DNA of 12,463 bases from Paraspadella gotoi (GCA_051294375.1 JBJCIZ010001371.1:1-12463), one strand, 5' to 3'; counted from the first letter of the stretch, positions 1 through 10,457 are shown. The notes: generated by a model from the sequence alone, not told the origin. Translations and numbers: made by a program.

Positions 1-521
1 AAAATCCTCCACTAGAGAATAAAAGAAGGAAAAAAGAAGAACACGATGGACAAAACGGTGAACGTTTGCGGTCGCTAAAGTGCGAGATACAACGGACCCT
101 TCATTGATGCGTCCAGACACAACTTCAACGTTAAATTACTCAAAACCTGAAGCTATTACAAACTAGAACCGTTAAGTGGTTAATTAGTGCTAGAGTTAAC
201 AACATTATTTAACTTCATTTCATAGTTAATCCCTTCTTCCATGAATTCTTTTGTTTAAATTTTTCAATTTTTCTTCAGTCTAAGTCATTCCTCTCTCTTT
301 CTCATCTTCCTAGCCTAATTCTCCACTTTCCTGTGTCACTTCTTCCCTCCCATCATCCCACTCTTTCCCACTCTATGTCCTACTCCAAATCCGACTCATC
401 CCATCATCATCATCCGCGAAAAAGCCCCCAAAAAACCGGTTTGCCTATAATACACTTATCCATTCAAACGCTTTGTAAAGGCCGATAAGGGGGGGAGAGG
501 ATATCGGAAGCCTTTTCATAG

Positions 522-541
522 CTCTCTCTCTCTCTCTCTCT
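522..541. repeat. (CT)10 microsatellite truncated by the assembly gap
   Basis: Perfect CT run directly abutting the N block. Confidence 0.95.
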
Positions 542-726
542 NNNNNNNNNNNNNNNNNNNNNNNNNNNNNNNNNNNNNNNNNNNNNNNNNNNNNNNNNNN
601 NNNNNNNNNNNNNNNNNNNNNNNNNNNNNNNNNNNNNNNNNNNNNNNNNNNNNNNNNNNNNNNNNNNNNNNNNNNNNNNNNNNNNNNNNNNNNNNNNNNN
701 NNNNNNNNNNNNNNNNNNNNNNNNNN
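542..726. other. Assembly gap (185 N)
   Basis: Uninterrupted N run from 542 to 726. Confidence 0.99.
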
Positions 727-810
727 GTTGGCAACCGAAGGGTATGAGGAAAAAAAAACGTGGAGAGAGAAGAGGAAATTGAATACTGAAGGTGTTTTCA
801 TAATCCTGAA

Positions 811-854
811 AGACGAGAGCAGAGAGGAAGAGAGAGAGAGAGAGAGAGAGAGAG

Positions 855-894
<40 letters not shown>

Positions 895-913
895 AGAGGA
901 GAGAGAGAGAGAG
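811..913. repeat. Imperfect (GA)n microsatellite
   Basis: About 100 bp of GA repeat with short interruptions (gagc, gaag, gtag). Confidence 0.95.
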
Positions 914-1032
914 GCTCCAATATACAGTAACTGACACAGTTACCTTTTGCAAATGCTCTCTCAGCGCCAAAAATTCAATGCCGAAAGTTTAAAAGTTGAA
1001 ATCGAAATTTCGTTGCTGTCGCACGTAGACGA

Positions 1033-1060
1033 ACGACGACGACGACGACGACGACGACGA
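1033..1060. repeat. (ACG)9 trinucleotide microsatellite
   Basis: Nine perfect ACG units. Confidence 0.95.
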
Positions 1061-1099
1061 ATTTTTTCGGCGCCATCTCCACGCCTTGGCGGCGTCGAA

Positions 1100-1130
1100 G
1101 GCGCCAGGGTGTGACGTTGGCCCTGGCGCC
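1100..1130. repeat. Perfect 10-bp inverted repeat (hairpin)
   Basis: ggcgccaggg (1100-1109) is the exact reverse complement of ccctggcgcc (1121-1130), with an 11-nt loop. Confidence 0.8.
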
Positions 1131-1647
1131 GTCGTCGTTGTTGTCACCGTCGTGTGCAAAGCTAAGCTATTTCGTTTCGTTGGCGAAACTTGTCTCTTTT
1201 TTGTCGTGAATTGAATCCAGAGTCAGAGAGTTGTCTCACTTTCTCATCCTTTTCTTTTTCCTCCTTTTTCTCATTGTTCCTCCTTCCCTCCTACTAAGGA
1301 TAATGCTTCGCCTTGCTTCGCCTTTTTTAAACAACTCGAATGAATTCACATTTAAAAAAAATAATTCTTCTTTAATTCTCACCCGCATCCTTTGAAAGCC
1401 TACGAAAGAGGGCCTACCCTCCCTTTACCCCCTAAACACTCACGCTTCCTCTTCCTGCCCCCCCCCAAATCACCCACTCGAGACGGACCCAAAATCGCCT
1501 GACAGGGGCCGCCCCTTTAAAAAATTTGCCACCCACGCACCCTTTTCCCTTTATTTTTTTTTTTGTGGCGACTTGCATCCTCGTCTGTGTGGATGGCTGA
1601 AGGGACAAAATTTGAACGAGGTTAAACCCATCTGACGTGAAGTCGCG

Positions 1648-1651
<4 letters not shown>

Positions 1652-1689
<38 letters not shown>

Positions 1690-1717
1690 ATCTCTCTCTC
1701 ATCTCTCTCTCTCTCTC
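1652..1717. repeat. Imperfect (CT)n microsatellite
   Basis: CT repeat with single extra bases near 1681 (t), 1690 (a) and 1701 (a). Confidence 0.95.
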
Positions 1718-2000
1718 ACCTCTGTACATAAGGCGTTTAATACTCTCGCATTTGCGGGCCATTTATCCGAAAGACGAAAAAATCCGACCACAAATAAAAA
1801 AAGCAAAGAAAAGAGGAAAAAAGAAAAAAAAGAAAAAAAATCTTTACAATACTTTTTTTTTTTCTTTTCTTTTCCCCCCATATTCCATATTCTGTTTCAT
1901 GGGTTTTTTTTGCCTAAAGCGCGAAAAATTGCGCCTTTTCTCTTTACGTGAAAAGGGAAGACGACGAAAAAACCGAAAGAAGACGGATGTTTTCGCGGAA

Positions 2001-2050
2001 GGGGGGTGGAGTGGCGGGTAGTGGGGGTGGCAGGGCGGTGTTGAACGGGG
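2001..2050 (+). other. Putative G-quadruplex-forming motif
   Basis: G-runs at 2001-2006, 2016-2018, 2023-2027, 2033-2035 and 2047-2050. The first four are separated by loops of 9, 4 and 5 nt. Confidence 0.5.
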
Positions 2051-2693
2051 CGTTTAAACGGCAAGTAGGGGTCTAGCATGTGTCCGGAAGGCCCTTCCGT
2101 TCCGGGCAGTCGGCGATGATAAAGATCAGGGGGCCGAGCGTTTGGATGATAAAAGGACGGCGAAAGCGCTGATTTTAATCAAAAATTCTGTCATTATTGC
2201 CGACAAATTCCGATCCAAGTTTTGTCGGTGTCGTCTTCGATCCTTGACACACACCAATCGCTGTCATTGTGGTCATCACTCCTGTATGAGCTGATTCAGC
2301 GGATAATCAGCAACCCAATAATTTAAAAACGTTTATAGCTGATAAATTCTGCAGCAGCGAAATATGCCATAAAACATCTTTGTCACCGATTTTGTTGAAA
2401 GGAAAAAAAAATAATTTAGCAATAAACCAGGATGCAGCATTAATTAATTTTTGGGCTCGGGTTCATGAATATCCAATCAAAAAAGAGTGAGAGAGACAGA
2501 AAGAGGGATAGCAGACATGAGAGTTTAAGACAGAGACGGAGAGTGAGAGCGAACAACCCAACACCCTCATTCCGACTCTACTCTCTTCCCGCGCGAGAGA
2601 GAAAAAAAAAAGTTTCCCTATTTAAGCCAAATAGAAAATGTTGCAATCGCGTTGAAATTTGATGAGGTTCACAGGAAAACGAGGCCGACCGGA

Positions 2694-2786
2694 GACGACG
2701 CACGACGACGACGACGACGCACGACGACGACGACGACGACCGACGACGACGACGACGACGACGGACGACGACGACGACGACGACGA
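2694..2786. repeat. (GAC)n microsatellite, about 30 units
   Basis: 93-bp GAC repeat with four single-base insertions (about 2701, 2720, 2741, 2764). Confidence 0.97.
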
Positions 2787-3426
2787 AATGCGTTAGCGAG
2801 AAGTGAAGAGGAAAAAAGGAAAAGGCTGGCAAAAGAAAGGGAGCGAGGGAAGGCAATAGCAAGAAAAAGAGGTATGCGAAGTCAAAGAGAAAAGATTAAA
2901 AGATAAGCCATATATAAACAATTAATATTGAAAAATTCTCTTGATAAAATTATTCCACAAACCCGTTTTAAAATGAATTTACTTGGTATCCAGGCGAGGC
3001 TGCCAGCCTTAATATATTGCATAAAAAATACATATAGTTCCCTGGGAAATTTGCTCTTGAGAAAAATGATCTTCAAGAAAAAAATCGTTCGAGAGGAGAA
3101 GCAATCAAACTCGTTTTAAGAAGCTTTTTAAGAAAGAAAACATTTAAGCCCAAGCCTTGAGTTCGAGCAAATATTTAGGGCCGCCCGGTAGCGTAGCATA
3201 ATGCAAAAAAAAGAAGCAAAAAAACTGAGAGGCCCTGTTCCGGGTTTAACGCCGGCGCCGACGACCGAAGATGCGACCCTATATCAATCTCCACAAATAT
3301 CGCCCACCTGAACCCCGCAGGTGCACCTCTCGCTCCCCGTTCCCCCATTCCCCCGGGGGGGCGAAACCCTGCACCGCCGCTCTGCCCGCCTCGCATAAAA
3401 CATCACCTGTAATCACCATTAAAAAC

Positions 3427-3524
3427 AGAGCAGAAAGAGAGAGCAGAGAGAGACGAGAGAGAGAGGGAGAGGAGAGGCAGAGGAGAGAGAGAGATGATGG
3501 AGAGAGAGAGAGAGAGAGAGAGAG
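3427..3524. repeat. Imperfect (GA)n microsatellite
   Basis: GA repeat with gagc, gacg and gatg interruptions. Confidence 0.92.
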
Positions 3525-3650
3525 CGTTTTCAGAGAGCAATAATGAAAGATAAAAAATTCCGCGGTTTCTCGCTTATGATAAATGTTTTCTGAAGATCGG
3601 TGTTTAAGAAATTGTTTTGTACGCGTCGGACTCTTAGATTGATCGGAAAT

Positions 3651-3699
3651 AGAGAGAGAGAGAGAGAGAGATGAGAGAGCAGAAGACGAGAGAGAGAGA
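3651..3699. repeat. Imperfect (GA)n microsatellite
   Basis: (AG)10 followed by interrupted GA units. Confidence 0.92.
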
Positions 3700-4260
3700 C
3701 CGAGAAAGAATGAATTGAAAGAAAATCAGCCAGGATATAATACCAAATTAAAACAAAATTAAAATAGATTGTAATTTCAATACGATTAAAACAAGTACTG
3801 CTCTCCTCTTTTTTCCCCAAGAAATGGGCACCCCACCCAACGCTGGCAACTCCGTCCGAAAAGAAATAAGCGATTGGAGAAAAGCCCGACAAAAAAGGAA
3901 GTGAAAAAGCGCGGCCGCTGTCCGTCGGTATCTATCAAAAAGATTTTTTCGAAAACGACGGTTTTTTGCAGGGAGATCGCGCGAATTACAGGGATCGATA
4001 GGAGGATGAGCTGGCGTTAGGGCTTGGTGGGTAAAAGGTGGTTAAGGGATGTGAGAAGTGACATGAGTTGACAACCGGGAGCTGGTTCTGGGTGCGTTGT
4101 GTGGCGGGACTATTGAGTCTCCGAGTCAGCGGCGAGGCTTCGACTCTCGGAGAATAAATGGATATAAAAACGGACGAAACGCGGAAAATGGGAAAATGGC
4201 GTGGGACGGTTTAAGACGCCGGGTCCATTTTTTTCTAGAGGGCGTCGGTGGAAGGGCAGC

Positions 4261-4343
4261 ATTGTGGCGGTGATTTTGGCGGTGATGTGTGGCGGTGAAA
4301 GTGGCGCGTGATGTGGCGGTAATTGTGAGCGGTGAATGTGAGG
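4261..4343. repeat. Degenerate ~12-bp minisatellite, consensus close to ATTGTGGCGGTG, about 7 units
   Basis: Units: attgtggcggtg / attttggcggtg / atgtgtggcggtg / aaagtggcgcgtg / atgtggcggta / attgtgagcggtg / aatgtgagg. Confidence 0.85.
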
Positions 4344-4758
4344 GTTTTCAGTTTTTAGGATTTCCCGGTGATAAGTGAGTCTTGCGTCAGTTTCGGGATC
4401 GAAAGCTGGAGGCCTGATATCTTGGCTGATATTTATGGTTGGACAATATTTACTGTTCACAGCATCTGAATTAAACAACGCTTTTTAAATATCTTTTAAA
4501 AAGAGATGGACAATTTTTCAAAAATTTCCTTTTTTTTTAAAGATTATATTTTTCTCTTTTTTTTTTCTCTTTTTTTTTCCTTTTTATGATTTATATATTG
4601 GCGGCGACTAATTCTTCATCGTCCGAACGACGTCGCGCATATTCAGCAATTTCTTGGCAACTGCAATTGCGAGGAAAGGACTTTGCAGAAAGAGCTGGCC
4701 GTCGGCGACCCGACCAAATATGAGCACGATGGCGTGGCGCGATATATATGATAATCTT

Positions 4759-4816
4759 GAGAGAGAGAGAAGAGGAGCATGACGAGAGAGAGAGAGAGAG
4801 CAGAGAGAGAGAGAGA
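4759..4816. repeat. Imperfect (GA)n microsatellite
   Basis: GA repeat with internal interruptions. Confidence 0.92.
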
Positions 4817-4972
4817 CTGTTCCCTTCCATAATTCGGCAGATTTCTCGATTGTTATTCAGAGAACATGAGACATGTCTATTCAAGTGTGCATAAGGAATG
4901 TCTCTTTCGGCTCCAAACCCTGTTTCCTCTTACCCAACATCATTTTTCATTTTAGGGGCGAGGAGAAGAAGC

Positions 4973-5036
4973 GGGGAGCGGAAAGCGGGGGGGAGAATTT
5001 GGGGGTGGAGGCTGGGGGAGTGGGTGGAGGAAGGGG
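4973..5036 (+). other. Putative G-quadruplex-forming motif
   Basis: Six G-runs (4973-76, 4987-93, 5001-05, 5014-18, 5022-24, 5033-36) with loops of 3-10 nt. Confidence 0.55.
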
Positions 5037-5300
5037 CCCAACCCAAGCCTGGAAAAAAAATCCGGTCTCACGTCGCTCAGAAAATTAACTTTTGCTCAAA
5101 ACTTTAAAAAAGTACAGAGGAAGCTAGTTATATAGCCATATTTATAATAACTATATAGGGGTGGGATCTAGCGCGGGGGTAAAGTTTTATAAAAAACCGT
5201 TGTTTTTAAACAAAATAAAGATTTTCCGATTTTTCTGCTTTTAAAATTTGCATTAGATTTCATAATAACGGAGCGACATAGCGTTTTGACCTCGGCTCAA

Positions 5301-5342
5301 TCTTCTCTCTCTCTCTCTCCTCTCTCTCTCTCTTCTCTCTCT
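5301..5342. repeat. Imperfect (CT)n microsatellite
   Basis: CT repeat with single-base interruptions. Confidence 0.92.
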
Positions 5343-6845
5343 GCCCTCTTAAAAAAAAATCGATGGTGGCTTGGGCCTTTCAGCCGACCTCGACGCTTCG
5401 TCCGTCCGAACGTTTATCTCTTTCATTCTTTATCCAGGTTTTTATCCATTTTTTTTTATCATATTTTGATATTCTTTTCGCCGTCTCGTTCTCTTAATAT
5501 TCAAAATTTAGTTTCATCCGGCACGTCAGCGGCGTCAGCGGCGGGCCAGCGTCACCCGAACTGGGTGAACAAAGCCTCTATTTGCGAAAGCGCCATTCTT
5601 GCCTTTTCCTCACTTTTTTTTTTTCCAAAAAGCTTTGAAAGGGGGGAGGAGGAGGGATATTTTGATGCCACCAGAGAGGCTAAATAGGAAGAGAGAGGAG
5701 AGGAAGAGAGGGAAGCAGACGGGGAAAGAGGATGAGACAGTAGACAAAAGAGATAATGCGGCCTAAAGTTTCGCCCGAGAATAATATATTTTTTTTTAAA
5801 AATGGTCGCGTGGGGCTTCCGTGGGCGTTAGAGGAGAGATGGCGAGGATTGGGAAAGGCAAAGTTTTATTTTAAGGCACCTCGTCTCCAAACTATACAAG
5901 GATTCATACAAAACTTATTGTACTGTATAATTAAAAAATACTTCGTCCTACCCTCCCACCCTCCCCGCCTTAAAAAAAAGATAATGCGTAACGCTAACGC
6001 TGCGCAATTCCGTTCCAAAATTCCACCACCACCTTCCCACCTCTAACCCCTTTTTAAACGCGTCCATCCCCTTCCCCGCGCCAACAAAAAAAGAAAGAAA
6101 AAAAAACGATGAACGTCTCTCAGTTTTGCGACTTCCATGTTGTCATCTTCAAAAACTGAAGCGCTGTCCACGATGGTTAATGTTGTAGAGAGGTTGTGAA
6201 AAAGATTCTTCGAAGAGGAGTGGGGCAAAAGAGAAAGAAAAGAGGAGAGAAAGGGTAAGGAGCGGAAGAAAAGAAAAGAACGAGAAAGAAAGAAAGTCGG
6301 AGGAAGACACAGACAGAGTAGGAGACGTGATATGCGAAAAAAGCTTTTTATCGAATAGCGTTCATTTGCTTCGGTACAAATAGGGATAATAATTTCTTTG
6401 TTTAATCTTCACCGTCACTATTGGAACTAAACTGCCACAAACCTCAGCCACTTTTTCCCCTCTCATGCCCGGGCACTAAGCGAGGTGGTCATTAGTACGC
6501 GCCCATCTACAGGACATTCCATCTTTTTTCTCTTTCTTTCTCATACCCTTTAAGCTTAAGTCCGTTCAAACAATTTATCCTTTCAACTATTTTCTATTTA
6601 TTCCTTTCCTTTTCCTTTCCTATTCCTTTTCTTCTCCTTTGCTTCCCTTAACTTCTCAAATGCATAAATGCTGCATTAAATAACAAAAGTTTTAACTGGC
6701 AGCAAAAACGAAGTTATTTTTGTGATGGTATGCTTTCAAATTTCTAATCAGCAAATTCGGCCATAACATCAACAACGATACCTAATAAACAATAATCAAC
6801 AACCAAGTCAACAAACAACATCGGAATAAAACTCACCGAAGTGAT

Positions 6846-7165
6846 CGCGGTCCCCCGTTTCGGCTAGATTATGGGCTGGAGGGCGGTCCCCACCGCCCGG
6901 GGACCCGGGGAAGGCCATGGGGCTGAGCCGGAGCGGGCCGCCTAGCCCCGGAAGGCCGCCGAGAGGCGTTTGCGCGAGAAAGAAACCCGTTGGCGGCTGC
7001 GGCGGGCGGCGGCGCGGCCGGAGGCGGCGAATAGAGGGCGGCGGGGGCGGAAGCGGCGGGCCTTTACGCCGACCGCTAGCGCCGCCTTTCTCGACGCCGG
7101 CGCCGCCGCCTCCGCGAGCGCCCTCCGTTGGCCCGCCGCCGCACCCGCCAATTCCCGCCTCCTCC
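6846..7165. other. GC/CpG-rich island containing a long imperfect fold-back (6990-7151)
   Basis: Sharp GC-rich block between AT-rich flanks. Nested complementary arms: 6990-7005/7136-7151 (15 of 16 pairs), 7019-7029/7104-7114 (11 of 11), about 7033-7043/7080-7091, and 7052-7056/7073-7077. Confidence 0.7.
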
Positions 7166-7719
7166 ATGTTAGCCATACACTTCCTTCCATAGATTTTGTA
7201 TTTCGGCCGGCTGACATACCTGAGGGTCGAGGGAAGAAAAGGAAAGGGGGCAAGGGTAAGGTAAGAAAAACAGGAAAATACGGGATCTCATGTCCATAAC
7301 AAATTAAGTGTATTTTGTAAAATAAACGCAAAAACAATAGTTTGATTTCTTTTTTCGTTCTAAAACTTAAAAAAAAAAAATATATATTTATTTGTTTGTT
7401 TTATTGATGATTTCGTTTCGTAAAAATTTGAATCATCCTCTGGCTTTGAAAAATCGCGTTTCAGTCAAAGGAAAATCTATGTTGCATTTCAAAAAATCTA
7501 CCATTATTCCCGGATTAAATTTGAAAGTATATCCTTTCTTTCTTCCTCTTTCGACGCATTCCCCACTGTTTTTCTCCCTTTCAACCTCTTCTTATCTACG
7601 TCTCTCATCCTCTCTCCTCCCTCTCTTTCTGCATCTCTATCTGTCAAAAGATTTCGTTTGTCGCCGCGCAATAAATCGTGATGGAATATCAGCCCCCACG
7701 TCGTTGTTTCTAGAGCTGC

Positions 7720-7838
7720 GAGAGAGAAGAAGAGAGAGAGAGAGAGAGGGAAGATTAGAGCAGAGAGAGAGCAGACGGGAGAGAGATTGAGAGAGAGAGA
7801 GCAGAAGAAGAGAGAGAGACGAGAGAGGGGGGGAGAGA
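7720..7838. repeat. Imperfect (GA)n microsatellite
   Basis: About 120 bp of GA-rich repeat. Confidence 0.92.
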
Positions 7839-8419
7839 CGAGGAGCAATATAAAGCGCCACTCTTCATTTGCATCTAAGGCCCCAAAGAAGTTTCCAGTG
7901 GTTTATCTGGTTTATTCTGCAGGCTCAAATTCGGAACAAGCGGGGCGTGGGGGGGAGAGAAGAGAGAGTGGGAAACCGAAAAGAAGGTAGGGAAGGGTGG
8001 AGCTTGAAAACAATGATGTAGGCAATTAGAGAGCGAAATGATGAGGCAAATGATGCGTGAGAAGTAGCAGGTTGCGAAGTAAGGCGAGAGCATAAAGCCA
8101 ATGAATTGACTTTTGGATTTTTGAACATGCACACTAACTTGGTCTATTTTTAACTTTTGAACAAGTTAATAGATTGGTCAGGCAGCTTCGCTCTGTATTT
8201 ACCCAAATCCCAAAATACCAATACCAAAGAAAAAGGCGATATTATCTTTAATACACAAAACCTCTTCAGCTCTCTCGCTCCTAGAACCAATCCACTCTCT
8301 TCGGCCTTCCAAACCGAATCGCCCTCTTGCTTGGTCACCCCACCAGAAAGTTGCCGCCTTATTTGGCGCGAGTTGATTGTTTTAATGCTCATAAACGACG
8401 CCTACGCGAGAGAAGGGTG

Positions 8420-8421
8420 GA

Positions 8422-8457
<36 letters not shown>

Positions 8458-8523
8458 GAGAGAGAGAGCAGAGAGAGAGAGAGAGAGAGAGAGGGGAGAG
8501 AGAGAGAGAGATGAGAGAAGAGA
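8420..8523. repeat. Imperfect (GA)n microsatellite
   Basis: About 100 bp of GA repeat. Confidence 0.95.
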
Positions 8524-8593
8524 ATCACAGTGGTATAATCTTGCGTCGCGAGCTTTTAGGCAAGCAGAGCGCTGAAGTAATCATAGAAGCGCT

Positions 8594-8599
8594 AGAGAG

Positions 8600-8635
<36 letters not shown>

Positions 8636-8690
8636 AGAGAAGAGAGAGAGAGAGAGGAGAGAGGAGAGAGCAGAAGAAGAGAGAGAGATG

Positions 8691-8721
<31 letters not shown>
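8594..8721. repeat. Imperfect (GA)n microsatellite
   Basis: About 130 bp of GA repeat, separated from the previous tract by a 70-bp unique spacer. Confidence 0.95.
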
Positions 8722-8722
<1 letters not shown>

Positions 8723-9172
8723 AAAAACCGTAAACAAAAAGCGAAAAGAAGAATCGGCGATCAAAACCTGAGTTGTTTTAACATAAGAGACACGAGGTGG
8801 TGAGGGGCGAGGAAGGAAAGGAAACGGGAAGGCAAAGGACAAAGGAGGAAAAAGGAGGCAAAACGGAGCGAAAAGAAAATAATCGAAACAAAACAGAAAC
8901 AAAAAGTCATCGAAAAAAGTGGCCGTTGGGAGCGCCGCGCGCACACCGCAAAAACAATGGCGTTGCCAATATGCGGCGCCGGAATGACAGTCGAAACTCT
9001 GCAGTGCCGATTGCAAGTATAAGGACAAAGAGAAAGCAATTTTCTTCAACTACTATATATAGTTGGATAAAGGGGAAATACAATGGAATGGATTCGTCCT
9101 GTTGCAGTGCTGATACTTTTTTCCAAAAGGGAATGAGACAATCGATGAAACACATACGGCGCATGATACCAC

Positions 9173-9208
9173 GCACCTGCACCACACCGCACCGCACAGC
9201 ACCGCACC
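9173..9208. repeat. (GCACC)n pentanucleotide repeat, about 7 units
   Basis: gcacc-t-gcacc-acacc-gcacc-gcaca-gcacc-gcacc. Confidence 0.85.
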
Positions 9209-9304
9209 CTCCAGGGCCGCAACCCGAAGAGCACAAAAACAAAAGGACAAATCAAAAATCCAAATCCCTTTTTTCCACGTCCTGTCGCGGCACATCTACG
9301 CCTT

Positions 9305-9368
9305 TCTCTCTCTCTCTCCTCTCTCTCTCTCTCTTTCTCTCTACTCTCTCTCTCTCTCCTCTCTCTCT
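9305..9368. repeat. Imperfect (CT)n microsatellite
   Basis: CT repeat with few interruptions. Confidence 0.95.
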
Positions 9369-9484
9369 GATTTCTCCGCCCATAAGGAATTTTTCGCTAA
9401 AATCGATTTTTCTCTCAGTTTTTTTCCATCAACCGAAAAACACATTTTTTTCGTACTTCTAAATCCTTGAGGTGACAAGAGGTG

Positions 9485-9558
9485 ACGAGTGATGACGACG
9501 GACGATTAGAGACGACTTAATGGATGACGATCGGGTACGCGACGACGACGACGACGAT
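9485..9558. repeat. Degenerate GAC/GAT-rich tract ending in (GAC)5
   Basis: Scattered gacga/gatga units, with perfect GAC units at 9541-9555. Confidence 0.65.
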
Positions 9559-10220
9559 AATGAGTAAGAATCGCGTCACAGCACAAACGAATATAGGTTA
9601 ACGAATCCCCCCCCCCTCTACAAATTCAAGTCATAAAGTCGATAAAGTTACGCCATCTTTAAAGAGCTATCCACAACCAGTAAGAGGGAGTAGCGCAATA
9701 CCACATCCAAACCGGTGATGACATCCCGCCCACCCGGCAACCACCACCGCCACGCAACATTCAGGCGCACCTCTGAGTTGAAGCGCCCCGCCAAAGCACT
9801 GAACCCGCAACGGGCGTTTCGACGTTTGATTGTGTTAAGATGAAAGCCGCTGGGGGACGGACGACGACGACGAAGATGACGAGATTCCAAAAAAACTCCA
9901 GCGACGAAAAATATTTACGCGTTTTAATGGCTTTACTTTTTGTTTACCCGGTTGAGTTTTTCTTACTAACTTTTACTAAAATTATGAACAATATAATATA
10001 TACACGTAGCAAAGTGTAACAGCAAAGAACATGATGCCTGATGCTGAAGAGGGACAACGCCGACGACGGACGACGACGACAGCGCCCTTAAAAACTGGCA
10101 ACGAAGCCAGAACTCTGAAGGATTGAGCCCAAGCTGATGGTTATCGAAAGCCTCGATTGCCAACCAGAAGCCCACCAGCCAAACAAGGAGAGGCAAACAT
10201 CTGGCCCGGGTTGGGAATAG

Positions 10221-10329
10221 GAGAGAGACAGGGAGGTAGGCGAGGAAGAGAGCAGAGAGAGTGCAGAGAGAGAGCAGAAGAAGAGAGACGCGAGAGAGAT
10301 AGAGGAGAGAGAGAGACAGAGAGAGAGAG
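10221..10329. repeat. Degenerate (GA)n microsatellite
   Basis: GA-rich repeat with many interruptions. Confidence 0.88.
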
Positions 10330-10457
10330 CGGGAAGAGAGTCCAGCGCTCAAGAAAATCTTTGTTCCATGACGTCATCGAATGGGAGATTCTTTAATCGG
10401 AACGAATATGAGTCGCTGTTGACTGCCGGCATGGGCGCCGGTCTATGTGGTTGTTTC

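Noticed and set aside
40-420. Possible terminus of a Mutator-like DNA transposon (AT-rich segment followed by a pyrimidine-rich stretch)
   Set aside because: This is an impression only. No partner inverted repeat, target-site duplication or transposase is present in the window.
445-970. ORFs spanning the N gap
   Set aside because: They are open only because Ns and CT/GA repeats contain no stop codons.
1417-1437. Telomere-like ccctaaa/tttaggg words (also near 3174, 4951 and 11781)
   Set aside because: They are isolated single copies, not tandem arrays.
2578-2906. ORFs with poly-Arg/Thr/Asp and poly-Val/Arg/Ser
   Set aside because: They come from the GAC microsatellite read in shifting frames after each inserted base.
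4321-4332. aattgtgagcgg matches the left half of the lac operator, and tggcggtgat resembles a lambda operator half-site
   Set aside because: The second half-sites and any vector or phage context are absent. Both matches are variants of the local 12-bp minisatellite unit.
6846-7165. rRNA gene fragment
   Set aside because: It is GC-rich and foldable, but I recognise no conserved 18S, 5.8S or 28S core motif in or beside it.
8157-9462. Longest ORFs (179, 174 and 221 aa)
   Set aside because: They have non-ATG starts, large ERER/SLSL or purine-tract translations, overlapping frames on both strands and no recognisable domain.
10030-10165. Hammerhead-like words (ctgaaga ... cgaaa) and an imperfect tggcaacgaagc/gcctcgattgcca stem
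   Set aside because: The stems required around the catalytic core cannot be built with the right spacing.
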